DNA of 62,073 bases from a virus (taxonomy: Duplodnaviria > Caudoviricetes), in IMG/VR virus record IMGVR_UViG_3300045918_000207, positions 1-62,073 of that record, one strand, 5' to 3'. Made by a program: the position numbers and the translations under genes. Below, in pieces: positions 29,501 through 38,603 of this stretch. The notes under the pieces are model-generated. The model had not been told where the DNA came from and made no database searches. It saw nothing but the letters and a program-made list of their open reading frames with translations. Each line of letters begins with the position of its first letter. Within the stretch, counting starts at the first letter, position 1.

Positions 29501-31825
29501 GGTGGTTTACAGTACGATGAATTTAAGGATATAGTATCTGATGTAATGGGTATTAAAAATTTAACACCCGAAAACATAAAAAGAATTGAAGAACTAACAG
29601 AACAAGCAAATTCAGTTGACCAAAAAGAGTTAGACTTTTTAAATAACCCAACAAAGGAAACTTTAAAAGAATTTAAAATAGCGAAACAAGCAGGGTTACA
29701 AGCTGATAGAGAACTTTTTGAATTAACACATAATGAACCTGATATAATAGGTACAGTAAAATCAATAGCTACATTAAACTTATTGGGTGTTCCTACCTTG
29801 ATAAAGAACTATGCACAAAACGTAATATATCAGGGAGTAGTTAGATTCCCTACTTCGGTAGTTATTACTGCATCAGAGAAAGCAGCTTATTATAGTTCGG
29901 TATTGTCAAATAGATTTTTTGGTACAAAATTATTTAAACCAACAGTTGAATTATCGGCTGCACAACAAGGATACTTTAAAGAGTATAATGAAGGTATAAT
30001 TAGAGGTTGGAATCAAATGATTAAAGGGGTTGATGAAAAAGACTATTTTGCAAAAAATCAGTATGCAAGTACATTGAACCCAAGCAAATCATTAAGAGAT
30101 TTAAAGTCAGCAATAAAGGGTGATTTGTTTTTAACTACGGCACAAAAAATAGATAAAGGTATTCAAGCTACATTAGGTTGGCAGCCATACGCTATTTCAA
30201 GAGGTATGATATATGGGGATAAGCCACCAAGATATGCAGCACAAGGGGCAGCAGCTATACAGATTGCACATACAGAATTAAATATTAAAGACCCTGTACA
30301 GATGGAAGCATTTATCCTTTCACCTGAAAAATACTCATACAATCAATATATTAAAGAAGGTAAAAACAGTAAACAAGCAGGTGAGTTATCAAAAGGGGTA
30401 GCACAAAGGATTATTGATGCAGGTGCTAAAGCTACATTCCAAAATGAAAACTATCTAAATGATTTCTTATCAAAAATAGACGAGTGGGCTAAAGTAGGTG
30501 ATAAGGATAAGGCGGCTGCTAAAGTAATAAAACCAGTAGGGGCAATAGGGAAAGCACTTACATTGCCATTTATTAAGACACCTGCAAATATTATGTGGGC
30601 TTATTTTAAAATGGCTAATCCTACCTTAACATTAGGTAAATCAATAGCAGAAGAAGCATACGCAAAAAACAGACTTTCAAAAGGTGATATAGTTGGGTAT
30701 AGGGAGTATCAGAAGAAAGCAAAAGAAAGTTTTGCCACAGCAGTAGTAGGATATGGATTTACATTAGCAGCAGTAGCTTTGGCTCAAAAGGGATTAATTA
30801 GAACATCTAATGATGAAGATGATAAAGCAAGAGAAAGTGCAGGGGAATCATTTTTCGGGAAAGACAATGAATTGAATTTAGGCAAATTATTAGGTAGTGA
30901 TGATATGTGGGTAGACTTATCTTGGTTTAGTGCAGTTGGTACAATACTTGATACACAAGCAAGAATAATTGAAGATAAAAAAGCAAAAGGGAAGAAAGAT
31001 TTGAGTTACGATTATGTAGACGACTTTTTAAGTACATTAAAATATTCAGCATCAGCATCAATGAATACACTTGTATTTGACCAAGGGGCTAAAACAATAG
31101 ATGCACTTAGAAAAGGTGGTAGCTATTTCGATTATTGGGCTACTCAAACATTTAATACGGTATCTAATATGTTTACAGGTGGTACTTTCCCTGCAATAAG
31201 TAAAGCCCTTTTGCCTGAAAAATCAAATCTGAAAGCAGATAATTTAGTAGACCAAATAATGAATAACCAAAAGCAAAGAAACTTATTTGTTAGATGGGCA
31301 GCAGGTTATCCAACATCAAAAATATCAATGTGGGGAGAACCAATTAAAAATGATAATAGCGTAAAAGGGGTAATGAATCAGATGTTAGGATTTGAGCAAA
31401 GTCATGCAAATAAATTCGGTGCTATTTTATATGACGACCAACAAAGAACAGGTAGAAACGAATTTTTCCCAACAGTAGAAGATTATAAAGTAAGAGTAAA
31501 TGGTAAAGATGTACCAATAACAGTAGAACAAAAAAGAGATTTAGATATTTTTATAGGAACAGCAAGAAAAAGTTTAATATCCCCTTTTGTTTATGATAAA
31601 GCATACATACCCGGATATAATAACGTTTATTCAAAACTTAATGACGATGATAAAATAGATGCACTAAGCGTTATTTATAAAAAAGCTAAAGAAGCGGGAT
31701 TTTCAAAATTCAAAGAAAAATATAAACAATACAATAACACAAAATTATCAAACAATGAATTGCTTGAAAAAAGAGAAGATAAAGTAAAAAAAAGAATCTT
31801 AAATCACGCACTACCGAAAAATTAA
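23576..31825 (+). CDS. Giant (2749 aa) ejected polyvalent protein with GNAT-like, ParB-like and ADP-ribosyltransferase-like modules
   Basis: KKQGTGKDAY..LISDSSLT..A..LWESL; IVDGFHR; VYYRGS..GVSTT..YA; LHRGS; long coiled coil. Confidence 0.75.
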   Translation: MAELEYLEEEQDTQWKPPTDAIATSNDNSWKPPTDAVEKKNQVGNVLKNGTTPTSQSKSQLPSIFQEGTNLTNNNAFKQIGKQIPPELQQRHDEITNRITELNKQPKPENQTPLQKFDNMAAPLLGFNRDITESVSPKKRGEIDQMQAGMLHDVNGHWGNIVGNVLGQFNNTALKLASGGLSLATDLKNTLQNPISASLPSGATSNEDEPMNKLIVGLNGLQKQTEQYIGENPLPSSNVITPDTKLGKVNSYLGTITEALSSFAPDLAATIALPETKVAQGASALQKVGSFLANPFTKYLATKGAISDYGQAKQEGKSIPQAAVSGLKGGAEGAKTGIELALLGAGSGMATNAVMRKAEQLGLAGTKAIATRQLVGLSSDIVAYGLLQSELNSLTEEGKFATAKQIADGIGIAAAFRIKHGASELSQHRKLNKAIEETQNQRQGVAMANFVDADHEAIKTVYDQPETAQELNLQALDAAKKAKETSDLSKKQEYVAKAITLTKASNVKSVADLVLNNPQALEDFKNNPDIPDAVKEPFLKKAQEITDLLKPKTESSTTENVPLETVPDGNIEQPTVLQQDVQEAEQQGQPEQITKPIELSPEITNPEQPLTEPTPSNKIKTESGNVIERDVESEKIRGDEGHRLYQIKDSNGKRLGSISLNERNDLGGYQIEVATVFNKKQGTGKDAYKSLIKSLDKPLISDSSLTADAKGLWESLVKDGYAKYDKEAGKYISIKPIEQTPTPSTVKSGEGLKDIESTVKALDKINEVDKIGFNNLIGFADPKVEKVGIKIPIADINETNLYGQKLSDAVDNVKNGHSSKEVISPTVYEENGKYIIVDGFHRIAKAKLNGESNIKVDIVSPDTNKISELYHKAKADGSNPEFVKEVENLINKNETTQDTKQAEGLKDYDTSQVYYRGSENPELELKESEGHDHFTKGVSTTKTEEYAKFHGDNVKKYYGKKGDFIEYFDLVDRYEKEFGTDDWTGEELSNYGKKLGFVGSRLNDPNAGVDYRFFDASSLKEVPAKKEPIKQKITVVEDRNDTPINIDDIGEGFVLHRGSKDGSQEGFNSLQSNNGYGYDKGSVLVSSVIKKGAKVLKLVEGNTENYKNNENGINEFYKIVGDKLRNQKSEWLNEPDPSDITQRLWGNKAAVEKLRKAGVDIVIGNTIDGVDAFIVNKDAVEKYDINEHFKKYGRVEPKEDDVAANFLKKIEAEKNENYKNNKQAEAEKQQPEKLSDNSGTAEEGKITEPTDNGKEPPIEPPTDNTFMYEGSKKQRELGLLNHLMNATEIPEGYKNGLKEKGLDYEVSNQYEAAESAKGVINSIGRNDAMEAARTEMVDPSVGSAIYGESLNQIFNEEQALRAEGKNAEADILAKEWSDTSYEYAQLSNKKGKWNAQIAYFYKTSPMGFVMRIKEAKAQQFEEWFKNKEEGYKEVFDELLKGEEGQALLKEEVEKIRIEERVAERAAKKEKVHKSIDDWADKWIDKLTPKGTKGVQKQGIGVPEIIKTAADVAKKAYDAGIGIEKILQDAVKYVSEKLETENWDKAAFQKELSERLKTGGVKTEKTETQLLEARIKDLEKQISDYNKLIEEGGGRKNKPKEEQFKDNEKVAELVKERDRLRKENEKLVREATSAPKTTSEEALQKRIAKLEEELDRVTFRRSKEKVEKGTAKDKEITQREKELKEDIEKENEKWDAEIDNARAVAKDYQKLETERNRQLKRVTELKDKLDVLLAGELPETKKNEVKVDTPEIESLKSEIKVAEKSVRESIAHENKLKRLEKELDRLKERKKREKNTDDKKELTEDESAIRQEIEAERLAWKIEDNIGKLNEELERVKNRKEKETEPNNKRKLTQEEQSIKDQIKAENERWAKELEPARKAASEIKRKLAAIKELNRRIEESDYSKEAYQAKKQKTELDKELDKVKEAYNEARKTSQEYIDKKAKQYLNGLRKRLSGLNEKQKEDIVRRSIKKIIDNGGLQYDEFKDIVSDVMGIKNLTPENIKRIEELTEQANSVDQKELDFLNNPTKETLKEFKIAKQAGLQADRELFELTHNEPDIIGTVKSIATLNLLGVPTLIKNYAQNVIYQGVVRFPTSVVITASEKAAYYSSVLSNRFFGTKLFKPTVELSAAQQGYFKEYNEGIIRGWNQMIKGVDEKDYFAKNQYASTLNPSKSLRDLKSAIKGDLFLTTAQKIDKGIQATLGWQPYAISRGMIYGDKPPRYAAQGAAAIQIAHTELNIKDPVQMEAFILSPEKYSYNQYIKEGKNSKQAGELSKGVAQRIIDAGAKATFQNENYLNDFLSKIDEWAKVGDKDKAAAKVIKPVGAIGKALTLPFIKTPANIMWAYFKMANPTLTLGKSIAEEAYAKNRLSKGDIVGYREYQKKAKESFATAVVGYGFTLAAVALAQKGLIRTSNDEDDKARESAGESFFGKDNELNLGKLLGSDDMWVDLSWFSAVGTILDTQARIIEDKKAKGKKDLSYDYVDDFLSTLKYSASASMNTLVFDQGAKTIDALRKGGSYFDYWATQTFNTVSNMFTGGTFPAISKALLPEKSNLKADNLVDQIMNNQKQRNLFVRWAAGYPTSKISMWGEPIKNDNSVKGVMNQMLGFEQSHANKFGAILYDDQQRTGRNEFFPTVEDYKVRVNGKDVPITVEQKRDLDIFIGTARKSLISPFVYDKAYIPGYNNVYSKLNDDDKIDALSVIYKKAKEAGFSKFKEKYKQYNNTKLSNNELLEKREDKVKKRILNHALPKN
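28520..29185 (+). repeat. Three degenerate ~40-aa coiled-coil repeats in the giant protein
   Basis: EELDRV..ITQREKELKEDIEKENEKW / KELDRL..LTEDESAIRQEIEAERLAW / EELERV..LTQEEQSIKDQIKAENERW. Confidence 0.75.
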
Positions 31826-31828
31826 AAA

Positions 31829-32170
31829 ATGGAATCAATAGAAGAACTAAAGAAGAAGATAGCAGAGTATGAGAAACGTATGGGTATAGGTCAATTTGAC
31901 CCTACTAAAGACGCTTACTTAGTGTTAGTAGATATATTGAAGCAGCAAACTGAATTTTTAAGAGAGTTCAAGTTGAAGTCAAAAATATCTTCTGATGAAA
32001 AAGCAGACACAATTACATACAAAAATGCCAAAGATTTATGGGAAGGACTTCCCGACCAAATAAAGGCAGTAAACAACTTAAAGGTTGATTTGAAAATGGA
32101 AGGTGAAGAAAAGAAGATTGAGGAAATTCCAGTTTCGCCTGAATCATTGTCTAACCGAAAGCAGTTTTAA
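31829..32170 (+). CDS. Hypothetical protein, possible terminase small subunit
   Basis: 113-aa helical ORF directly upstream of TerL; positional inference only. Confidence 0.45.
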   Translation: MESIEELKKKIAEYEKRMGIGQFDPTKDAYLVLVDILKQQTEFLREFKLKSKISSDEKADTITYKNAKDLWEGLPDQIKAVNNLKVDLKMEGEEKKIEEIPVSPESLSNRKQF

Positions 32171-32173
32171 TAT

Positions 32174-34276
32174 ATGTTTTTTCCTATTGAGGGTGGTTCT
32201 GAATTTGAGGTTAAGGATAATTCATTTGGATTTATATTCAAGTGTCAATTAGCCCCTATTGGGTATGGTAAAGATGTAATGACAGGGGAGATAAAAAAGA
32301 CAGATGTATTAAAAAGTAGCGAAATACCCACCGAACAAAGGTTATTTAGAATACCCCTACCTTCTGATTATAAAGAAAGAAGATTACGAGAGCAGCAAAT
32401 ACAAAAGATAAATAAAAAACACGTTGACTATTATTTAGAGGATTTTAGAAAAAAAGAATGGAATAGAAGATTATGTGGTGTATGGTTTTGGAGATGGAAT
32501 AAACACCTAAATAAGAACGAATGTGTGTACATGACAGGTCAGCATTGGTTGTATTATAATTGGTGGATTTATCAGGGTAAGTACATGGATTACCGTGAAC
32601 CCGATAGGGAAACATTTTATGTTGCAGCCTATTGTCAAGAAGACCCAAGATGTTTAGGATTAAATGAAATAACCCAACGTAAATCAGGTAAGACAGGTAG
32701 AAGCGGATGTATTGGGTATGAAAGGACTTCAAGATTTTTTAACCATCATTGCGGTTTACAATCTAAAACGGACAAAGATGGCGAAACCATGTTTAAAAAA
32801 GCAATGGTTGGTCCGTGGAGAAAATTGCCGCATTTTTATAGACCAGTTTATGACTTAATGAAAGGTGACGACCCTTCTGTAAGCCTATCGTTTTTTGCGA
32901 CATCCCGTAGAGGTCAATCGGCATTGGATGAAGAACCCGAAGAAGCGTTAGATTCTTTTATAGATGTTGGTACTTCGGAAGAAGGTTTTTATGATGGTCC
33001 TGAATTGCACACATATATTAGTGATGAAACTGGAAAGACAAGACGACAAGTAAGCGTTAAAGAGAGAATGAGAGTAGTAAGGGAAGCTACTGAAATTGAA
33101 GGTGAAATAAGAGGATTTCACATGAGTACCACTACCGTAGAGGTAGAGAAAGATGAAACCGAAAATGAAGAATTTCAAGAATTTACAGCACAAAGCAACC
33201 CGTTAGATAGGGATGATAACGGAATGACTACAAGCGGTTATTACACGCTATTCCAACCATGTACAAAGTATATGTACTTTGATGAACAAGGTTTCCCTGA
33301 TGAAGAACGTGCTTTAACCTATGTAATGAATCGTAGGAGAAAATTGGAAGAAGAAGGGGATTTACGTGGGTTATCTTCTTACAAAAGAAAAAAACCAATT
33401 ACCTTTAAAGAAGCATTTTCAGTTGACGGTGCATTTTCATTATATAATCCTGAATTAATAAACCCACAATTAGATACTGTATCGTGGTCAAAAAACATAG
33501 TAGAACGTGGAGATTTAGTTTGGGTTGGTGGATTTAAAGTAAAAAAAGAAGTAGAAGAAGTTTCAGGACAAAAGAAATATGTACCAAGTAAGGTAGAATG
33601 GATAGCTAACCCCAAAGGAAAGTTTGAAAAGGTATTTGGGTGGTTTCCAAAAGAAGAAAATAAAGTATTTGAACGAGGCGGTAAGTTTCATCCAAACAAT
33701 AATTTTTCATATAAGATAGGATGTGACCCATTTAAGTACGACAAAACAAAGGATAAAAGAAGGTCAAATTGTGCCGCTTTTGTATATCAGGTAGCAGACG
33801 ATATTTTCCCAAGCGAATTTGACGATACACTTGTATTGAAATATGCTCACAGAGAAGAAAGTACAAGATTGGCTAATGAAGATGTTTTGAAAATGGCATG
33901 GTGGTGTGGTTGTGAAGTTTTATTTGAACGTAACGTAAACCATTGGAAAAATGATTTTATTGATTGGGAGTGTGCTAAGTTCTTAACGTGGTTGCCGGGA
34001 GAAGTAGAGCCGGGAATAGTAGCAACACCCGCAAGTATCCAAACAATTTGCAACTATACCGAAGCATATATAAATGAGCATATAACCAAAGTAAGGTTTA
34101 AATCATTGCTTACAAAAGATACAGGATGGTTAGGATTTAAAGTAGAGGATACAGAAAAATTCGATGAACCATGTGCGGTTGGATATGCCCTTATAGCTGT
34201 TAAAGGTCTTTCAAGAAAATCAAAAGTAAAAAACATGAACATAACCGATATTTTCCCCCAACGTAAAACAGCTTAA
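32174..34276 (+). CDS. terL: Terminase large subunit
   Basis: Walker A TQRKSGKT, Walker B YISDETGK, STT motif, nuclease IGCDP...FERN...D. Confidence 0.9.
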   Translation: MFFPIEGGSEFEVKDNSFGFIFKCQLAPIGYGKDVMTGEIKKTDVLKSSEIPTEQRLFRIPLPSDYKERRLREQQIQKINKKHVDYYLEDFRKKEWNRRLCGVWFWRWNKHLNKNECVYMTGQHWLYYNWWIYQGKYMDYREPDRETFYVAAYCQEDPRCLGLNEITQRKSGKTGRSGCIGYERTSRFFNHHCGLQSKTDKDGETMFKKAMVGPWRKLPHFYRPVYDLMKGDDPSVSLSFFATSRRGQSALDEEPEEALDSFIDVGTSEEGFYDGPELHTYISDETGKTRRQVSVKERMRVVREATEIEGEIRGFHMSTTTVEVEKDETENEEFQEFTAQSNPLDRDDNGMTTSGYYTLFQPCTKYMYFDEQGFPDEERALTYVMNRRRKLEEEGDLRGLSSYKRKKPITFKEAFSVDGAFSLYNPELINPQLDTVSWSKNIVERGDLVWVGGFKVKKEVEEVSGQKKYVPSKVEWIANPKGKFEKVFGWFPKEENKVFERGGKFHPNNNFSYKIGCDPFKYDKTKDKRRSNCAAFVYQVADDIFPSEFDDTLVLKYAHREESTRLANEDVLKMAWWCGCEVLFERNVNHWKNDFIDWECAKFLTWLPGEVEPGIVATPASIQTICNYTEAYINEHITKVRFKSLLTKDTGWLGFKVEDTEKFDEPCAVGYALIAVKGLSRKSKVKNMNITDIFPQRKTA

Positions 34277-34281
34277 TATTT

Positions 34282-34899
34282 ATGTGGACTGATTTCTTCG
34301 ATAGAATAATTGTTATTAATCTTCCATCCCGCTTAGACCGTCTATTGCAGGTAACAGAAGAAATGGATAAGTACGGAATAGATTTTGAATTAGTGGATGG
34401 AATGACTTCTGAAATTGGCGGTGCAGAAGGATTACGTTTAACGGTAGAAAAGATATTTAAAGAATCTATTGAAAAGAAACATTCGCATATTTTAGTTTTT
34501 GAAGATGACGTAGTTTTCAATGAGAACCCCAATAGTTTTATGGGGGAAGTAATAAAACAACTACCCGATAATTATTGGATAACCTATCTTGGCGCACAAT
34601 GCACAAGGGGTTTTAAGCGTAGATATTCTGCAAATCTTTTACAGCTTGACGGTGCATTTGCTACACACGCATGGATGATTTCACTACAAGGGATGAAAGA
34701 AATAATTGGGTTAGGATTAGAAGCACCGATAGATAATTTTATAGTAGATAAAATTCAGCCCGCACAAAATTGTTACATAACATTCCCTTTATTAGCAACA
34801 CAACGAGCAGGAATTAGTTCAATAGGCGGTCAATTTATTGAGTGGGATTTTTTTATTACCCCAAGATATTATCAAAAACTTGCAGAAATGCCACAATAA
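34282..34899 (+). CDS. Glycosyltransferase family 25-like
   Basis: VINLPSRLDR, ILVFEDD, ATHAWMIS, PID. Confidence 0.88.
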   Translation: MWTDFFDRIIVINLPSRLDRLLQVTEEMDKYGIDFELVDGMTSEIGGAEGLRLTVEKIFKESIEKKHSHILVFEDDVVFNENPNSFMGEVIKQLPDNYWITYLGAQCTRGFKRRYSANLLQLDGAFATHAWMISLQGMKEIIGLGLEAPIDNFIVDKIQPAQNCYITFPLLATQRAGISSIGGQFIEWDFFITPRYYQKLAEMPQ

Positions 34900-34900
34900 T

Positions 34901-35596
34901 ATGAGAACAATAAGCCTTTGTTTAACTAACTACAATCGTTTAGAACTACTGTTAAAATCATTTGCAGATGTGTATGATGATGAAAGGATAAGTGAAATAG
35001 TAATATCAGATGATGCAAGTGATATTGGAATATACAACGACCTGAAACGGATAACTAATACAATGCCAAAAGTAAAACTGCATCGTAATGGTCATAACAT
35101 GGATTGTTTTGTAAATAAAGCAATATCAATAACACTTGCTACCAACAAATACTGCATCTTACTGGATAGCGATAATCACATAGATAAATCATACATTGAT
35201 GCAATATATGAGTATGAATGGCAGGAAAACGTAGCATTAATGCCCGATTGGGCAATGCCCTTATTTTCATACACAGATTATAGTGGTGTAGTAATAACCA
35301 AAGAAAACATAAGCCAATACATAGATAAGCCAATGCTCGAAACGTGTCTTAATTGTGCAAACTACTTTGTAAACAGAGAATTTTATCTTAACGCATTTAA
35401 TGATAGTGTAGACCCTGTAACTTCTGATAGCCTTTGGCAGAACTATAATTGGCTTTTAAATGGGGGTAAAATACATATAGTTGATGGGTTAAGGTATCAA
35501 CATTTAGTACATGACGGTTCGCACTACAAGATAAATAATTCAAGAACAGGAAATTTTAAGGACATTTTAATCGAAAAGATAAGACTACTTAGTTAA
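34901..35596 (+). CDS. Glycosyltransferase family 2 (GT-A)
   Basis: ISLCLTNYNR, VISDDASD, LLDSDN (DxD); start moved to ATG 34901. Confidence 0.88.
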   Translation: MRTISLCLTNYNRLELLLKSFADVYDDERISEIVISDDASDIGIYNDLKRITNTMPKVKLHRNGHNMDCFVNKAISITLATNKYCILLDSDNHIDKSYIDAIYEYEWQENVALMPDWAMPLFSYTDYSGVVITKENISQYIDKPMLETCLNCANYFVNREFYLNAFNDSVDPVTSDSLWQNYNWLLNGGKIHIVDGLRYQHLVHDGSHYKINNSRTGNFKDILIEKIRLLS

Positions 35597-35605
35597 TATT
35601 GTGTT

Positions 35606-36349
35606 ATGGTAACTTTTACAAACGCAGGTCGTTTTGGGAACTGGTTCATGGAAGCGTGTACGATGTTATCGTATGCAATTAAACATGACTTAGAATTTAC
35701 AGTACCATCCCATTCAGAAAATCCACAATGGAATCCAATTTACGCTTTGCACTTAGTTAATCCAAATTATAATCCTTCACTTGAAACAATACATTTATGG
35801 GAAGGACAGCACAACTACGAACCATTACCATTTGAAGAAAGTTGGAGGCATAAAAACATTTGTATCGAAGGTTACAGACAGACAGAAAAATACTTTGTAG
35901 AACATAGGGATGAAATACTTTACCTTTTGAACTTCCCATACGAAAAGAAAGATAATTTTGTTGGATTGCATTGCAGGTTTGGGGATTACGAGCAATTAAG
36001 AATGAAACACCCTTTAGTTACAAGGGAATATTACGAGAAAGCAATGGCAATGTTCCCTAACTATAAGTTTAAGGTATTTTCAGACGAGATACATAAGGCA
36101 GTAGAACTATTAAAAGGTATTGAAGGATTAGAGTTTTCAAGCAATACAAGTGAAGTAGATGATGCAGTAGAGTTAAGTTGTTGTGAACATCAAATCTGTT
36201 CTGCAAGTACATTTAGTTGGGCTGCAATGTGGATGAATAGAAACAAAGATAAAAAAGTAATATTCCCCGATTTTTGGTTTACCCCTAATTGGGATAATTG
36301 TAACACAGAAGATATAGTTCCTGAATGGTGCATTAAATTAAGTATATGA
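35606..36349 (+). CDS. GT11 alpha-1,2-fucosyltransferase-like
   Basis: GRFGN, EGYRQTEKYF, HCRFGDY, VFSDE, ASTFSW. Confidence 0.9.
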   Translation: MVTFTNAGRFGNWFMEACTMLSYAIKHDLEFTVPSHSENPQWNPIYALHLVNPNYNPSLETIHLWEGQHNYEPLPFEESWRHKNICIEGYRQTEKYFVEHRDEILYLLNFPYEKKDNFVGLHCRFGDYEQLRMKHPLVTREYYEKAMAMFPNYKFKVFSDEIHKAVELLKGIEGLEFSSNTSEVDDAVELSCCEHQICSASTFSWAAMWMNRNKDKKVIFPDFWFTPNWDNCNTEDIVPEWCIKLSI

Positions 36350-36897
36350 TAGTACAACATAGAGTTCAATTAGTTTCTCTTTTGAAAGAACGTAACCTTC
36401 CATTAGTTGCGGTTGAAGTAGGTGTGGCGGAATCAAGGTTTAGTGAAGAATTAATGAACGCAGGATTGGATAAGTTATATTTGGTGGATATATGGCAAAA
36501 AGTACCTTTTATTACAGGATGTGCTTCTTTTGAAGATAGTTGGCACAAGTCTAATGAAGAACAAACAAGAGAGAAGTTTAAAAAAGAAATTAAGGATGGA
36601 AGTGTAGTAATGTTGAAGGGGTTTTCATATCAGATGGCGAAGCATATACCCGACAACTCACTTGGATTAGTTTATATTGATTGTGACCATACATACAATG
36701 GGGTAAGAACAGACATTGATTACTACCTACCTAAATTAGTTAAAGGGGGTATAATGGCTTTCCATGATTATGATAAAAGCAATACAAGTTATGGAGTAGT
36801 TGGTGCAGTAAATGATTTTACAAAAGGACATGGAATAGTAGAAATACACGAAGATGGCAGACCTGAAAATATGGGTGCTTACTTTATAAAAGAATAA
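36346..36897 (+). CDS. Class I SAM methyltransferase (Methyltransf_24-like)
   Basis: VEVGV, LVDIW, VYIDCDHTY, GGIMAFHDY. Confidence 0.9.
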   Translation: MIVQHRVQLVSLLKERNLPLVAVEVGVAESRFSEELMNAGLDKLYLVDIWQKVPFITGCASFEDSWHKSNEEQTREKFKKEIKDGSVVMLKGFSYQMAKHIPDNSLGLVYIDCDHTYNGVRTDIDYYLPKLVKGGIMAFHDYDKSNTSYGVVGAVNDFTKGHGIVEIHEDGRPENMGAYFIKE

Positions 36898-36899
36898 TT

Positions 36900-37622
36900 A
36901 TGGGTTATAAAACAAACGGATGCGATACAGGTAGCATACCAATGTATTTAATTTTACCACTGCTTGAAAAGCATAGTATTCCTTACTTAATTGAAACGGG
37001 TACAGCTAATGGACAATCAGTAAGGGATGCAGCACCATACTTTAAAAAATGCACTACCATAGAATTAATAAGTGATAGACCTGCAATAAAAGATGCACCA
37101 AAAAATATTGAATTTTTAATAGGGCAAAGTGTTGAATTGTTACCTGATATAATTGAAGAATTAAATGAACTAAAACAAACGGAAGGTAACTTAACAGAAA
37201 ATAATGTAAAGCAACAATTCGTTCTTTTCTTTCTTGATGCACACTATTCAGATGATGTACCAAACACAAGTGATATTCCCGAATGTCCTGTACTTGAAGA
37301 AATAAAATTAATAAGTAAATACGGGGATGATGCTATATTATTAATTGATGATTTACGTTTATTTATAGGAAGTACACCATACCCTTGTAATGCTAATGAA
37401 TGGGCTTCACTTGATGATATAATGAACACACTAAGAACACTATTCCCATATCATTACAATACCATTGTTGATGATTACATAATTTCAATACCTGTACACA
37501 TAAAAGAAGTATGGGATAAAGAATGGAGAGATAGATTTGAAATACGTTACCCTTCCGAACAACAAAAACTAAAGGCTAACGCTCAATACGTTTATAAAGA
37601 ATTTTTAAATTATATAAAATGA
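36900..37622 (+). CDS. Class I SAM methyltransferase-like
   Basis: LIETGT.NG, TIEL, FFLDAH, PVLEEI, LIDDLRLF. Confidence 0.75.
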   Translation: MGYKTNGCDTGSIPMYLILPLLEKHSIPYLIETGTANGQSVRDAAPYFKKCTTIELISDRPAIKDAPKNIEFLIGQSVELLPDIIEELNELKQTEGNLTENNVKQQFVLFFLDAHYSDDVPNTSDIPECPVLEEIKLISKYGDDAILLIDDLRLFIGSTPYPCNANEWASLDDIMNTLRTLFPYHYNTIVDDYIISIPVHIKEVWDKEWRDRFEIRYPSEQQKLKANAQYVYKEFLNYIK

Positions 37623-38599
37623 TAAAAAAAATATTGGTAACGGGGTCAAGTGGTTTTATTGGTTCTCACTTAATAAGACATTTTAACAAAACAATGGGGT
37701 ATGTTACTTATGGCATTGATATAGTAGAACCTAAATATGAAAAGCCTGATTATTTTAGTAAAATTGATTTAAGAAAATCAGAAGATGTTCAAAATTATTT
37801 CAGTAGAGAATCTTTTGATGAAGTATATAATTTAGCCTGTTTGATGGGTGGTATGGGATACATCGGGGATAGTTCTCATAGTTATGATATAATGGTTGGA
37901 AGTACCCAAATAGTTTCAAATGTTTTACAAGGAGTTTTGTTTGGGTTAGGTGGTGCATTGAAAAAAACAAAAATGTTTTATAGTAGTTCAGCTTGCGTGT
38001 ATAATATGTACAAACAAGAAACAACGGATAATGTTTCATTGAAAGAAGAATATGCCTATCCTGCAATGCCTGATTTAGTGTATGGATGGCAGAAACTACA
38101 ATCAGAAATAATGTATCAGGCAGCACATGAACAACATGGGTTAGATATAAGAATTGCACGTTTCCATAATATTTTTGGTGAAGAAGGAACATGGGATGGT
38201 GGTAAAGAGAAGTATCCTGCCGCTATATGTAGAAAATGTGCTATGTCAAAAAACGGTGATACTATTTCTATTTGGGGTGATGGATTGCAAACACGTTCTT
38301 TCCTACACGTTTCAGAATGTATTACAGGTATAATGAAATTGATGGATAGCAATGTAATTGAACCGTTAAATATTGGAAGTGATGAATTAGTATCGGTTAA
38401 TCAGGTAGCTGAAATGGTTATCAAACTTTCAGGTAAGGATTTAAAAATAGAACATGATTTAACCAAACCACAAGGAGTAAGAGGACGTAATAGCAATAAC
38501 GAATTAATATTTCAGAAATTAGGATGGAAACCTGAAACAAAATTGATTGATGGGTTACGGTCAACCTATAACTGGATTTCAAAACAAGTAAACGGATAA
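37619..38599 (+). CDS. GDP-mannose 3,5-epimerase-like extended SDR
   Basis: TGSSGFIG, MGGMGYI, SSACVY, YGWQK, RFHNIFG..GTWDGGKEK.PAA, WGDGLQTRSF, GVRGRNSNN. Confidence 0.9.
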   Translation: MIKKILVTGSSGFIGSHLIRHFNKTMGYVTYGIDIVEPKYEKPDYFSKIDLRKSEDVQNYFSRESFDEVYNLACLMGGMGYIGDSSHSYDIMVGSTQIVSNVLQGVLFGLGGALKKTKMFYSSSACVYNMYKQETTDNVSLKEEYAYPAMPDLVYGWQKLQSEIMYQAAHEQHGLDIRIARFHNIFGEEGTWDGGKEKYPAAICRKCAMSKNGDTISIWGDGLQTRSFLHVSECITGIMKLMDSNVIEPLNIGSDELVSVNQVAEMVIKLSGKDLKIEHDLTKPQGVRGRNSNNELIFQKLGWKPETKLIDGLRSTYNWISKQVNG

Positions 38600-38603
38600 G
38601 TAT

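Noticed and set aside
24238-29577. Antisense ORFs within large genes (also 4961-5326, 7129-7578, 43443-43745, 53044-53490 and similar)
   Set aside because: Shadow frames of well-supported genes with no motifs of their own.
23576-31825. crAss-type virion RNA polymerase
   Set aside because: No catalytic DFDID/DxDGD-type motif was seen; the content fits a polyvalent ejection protein.
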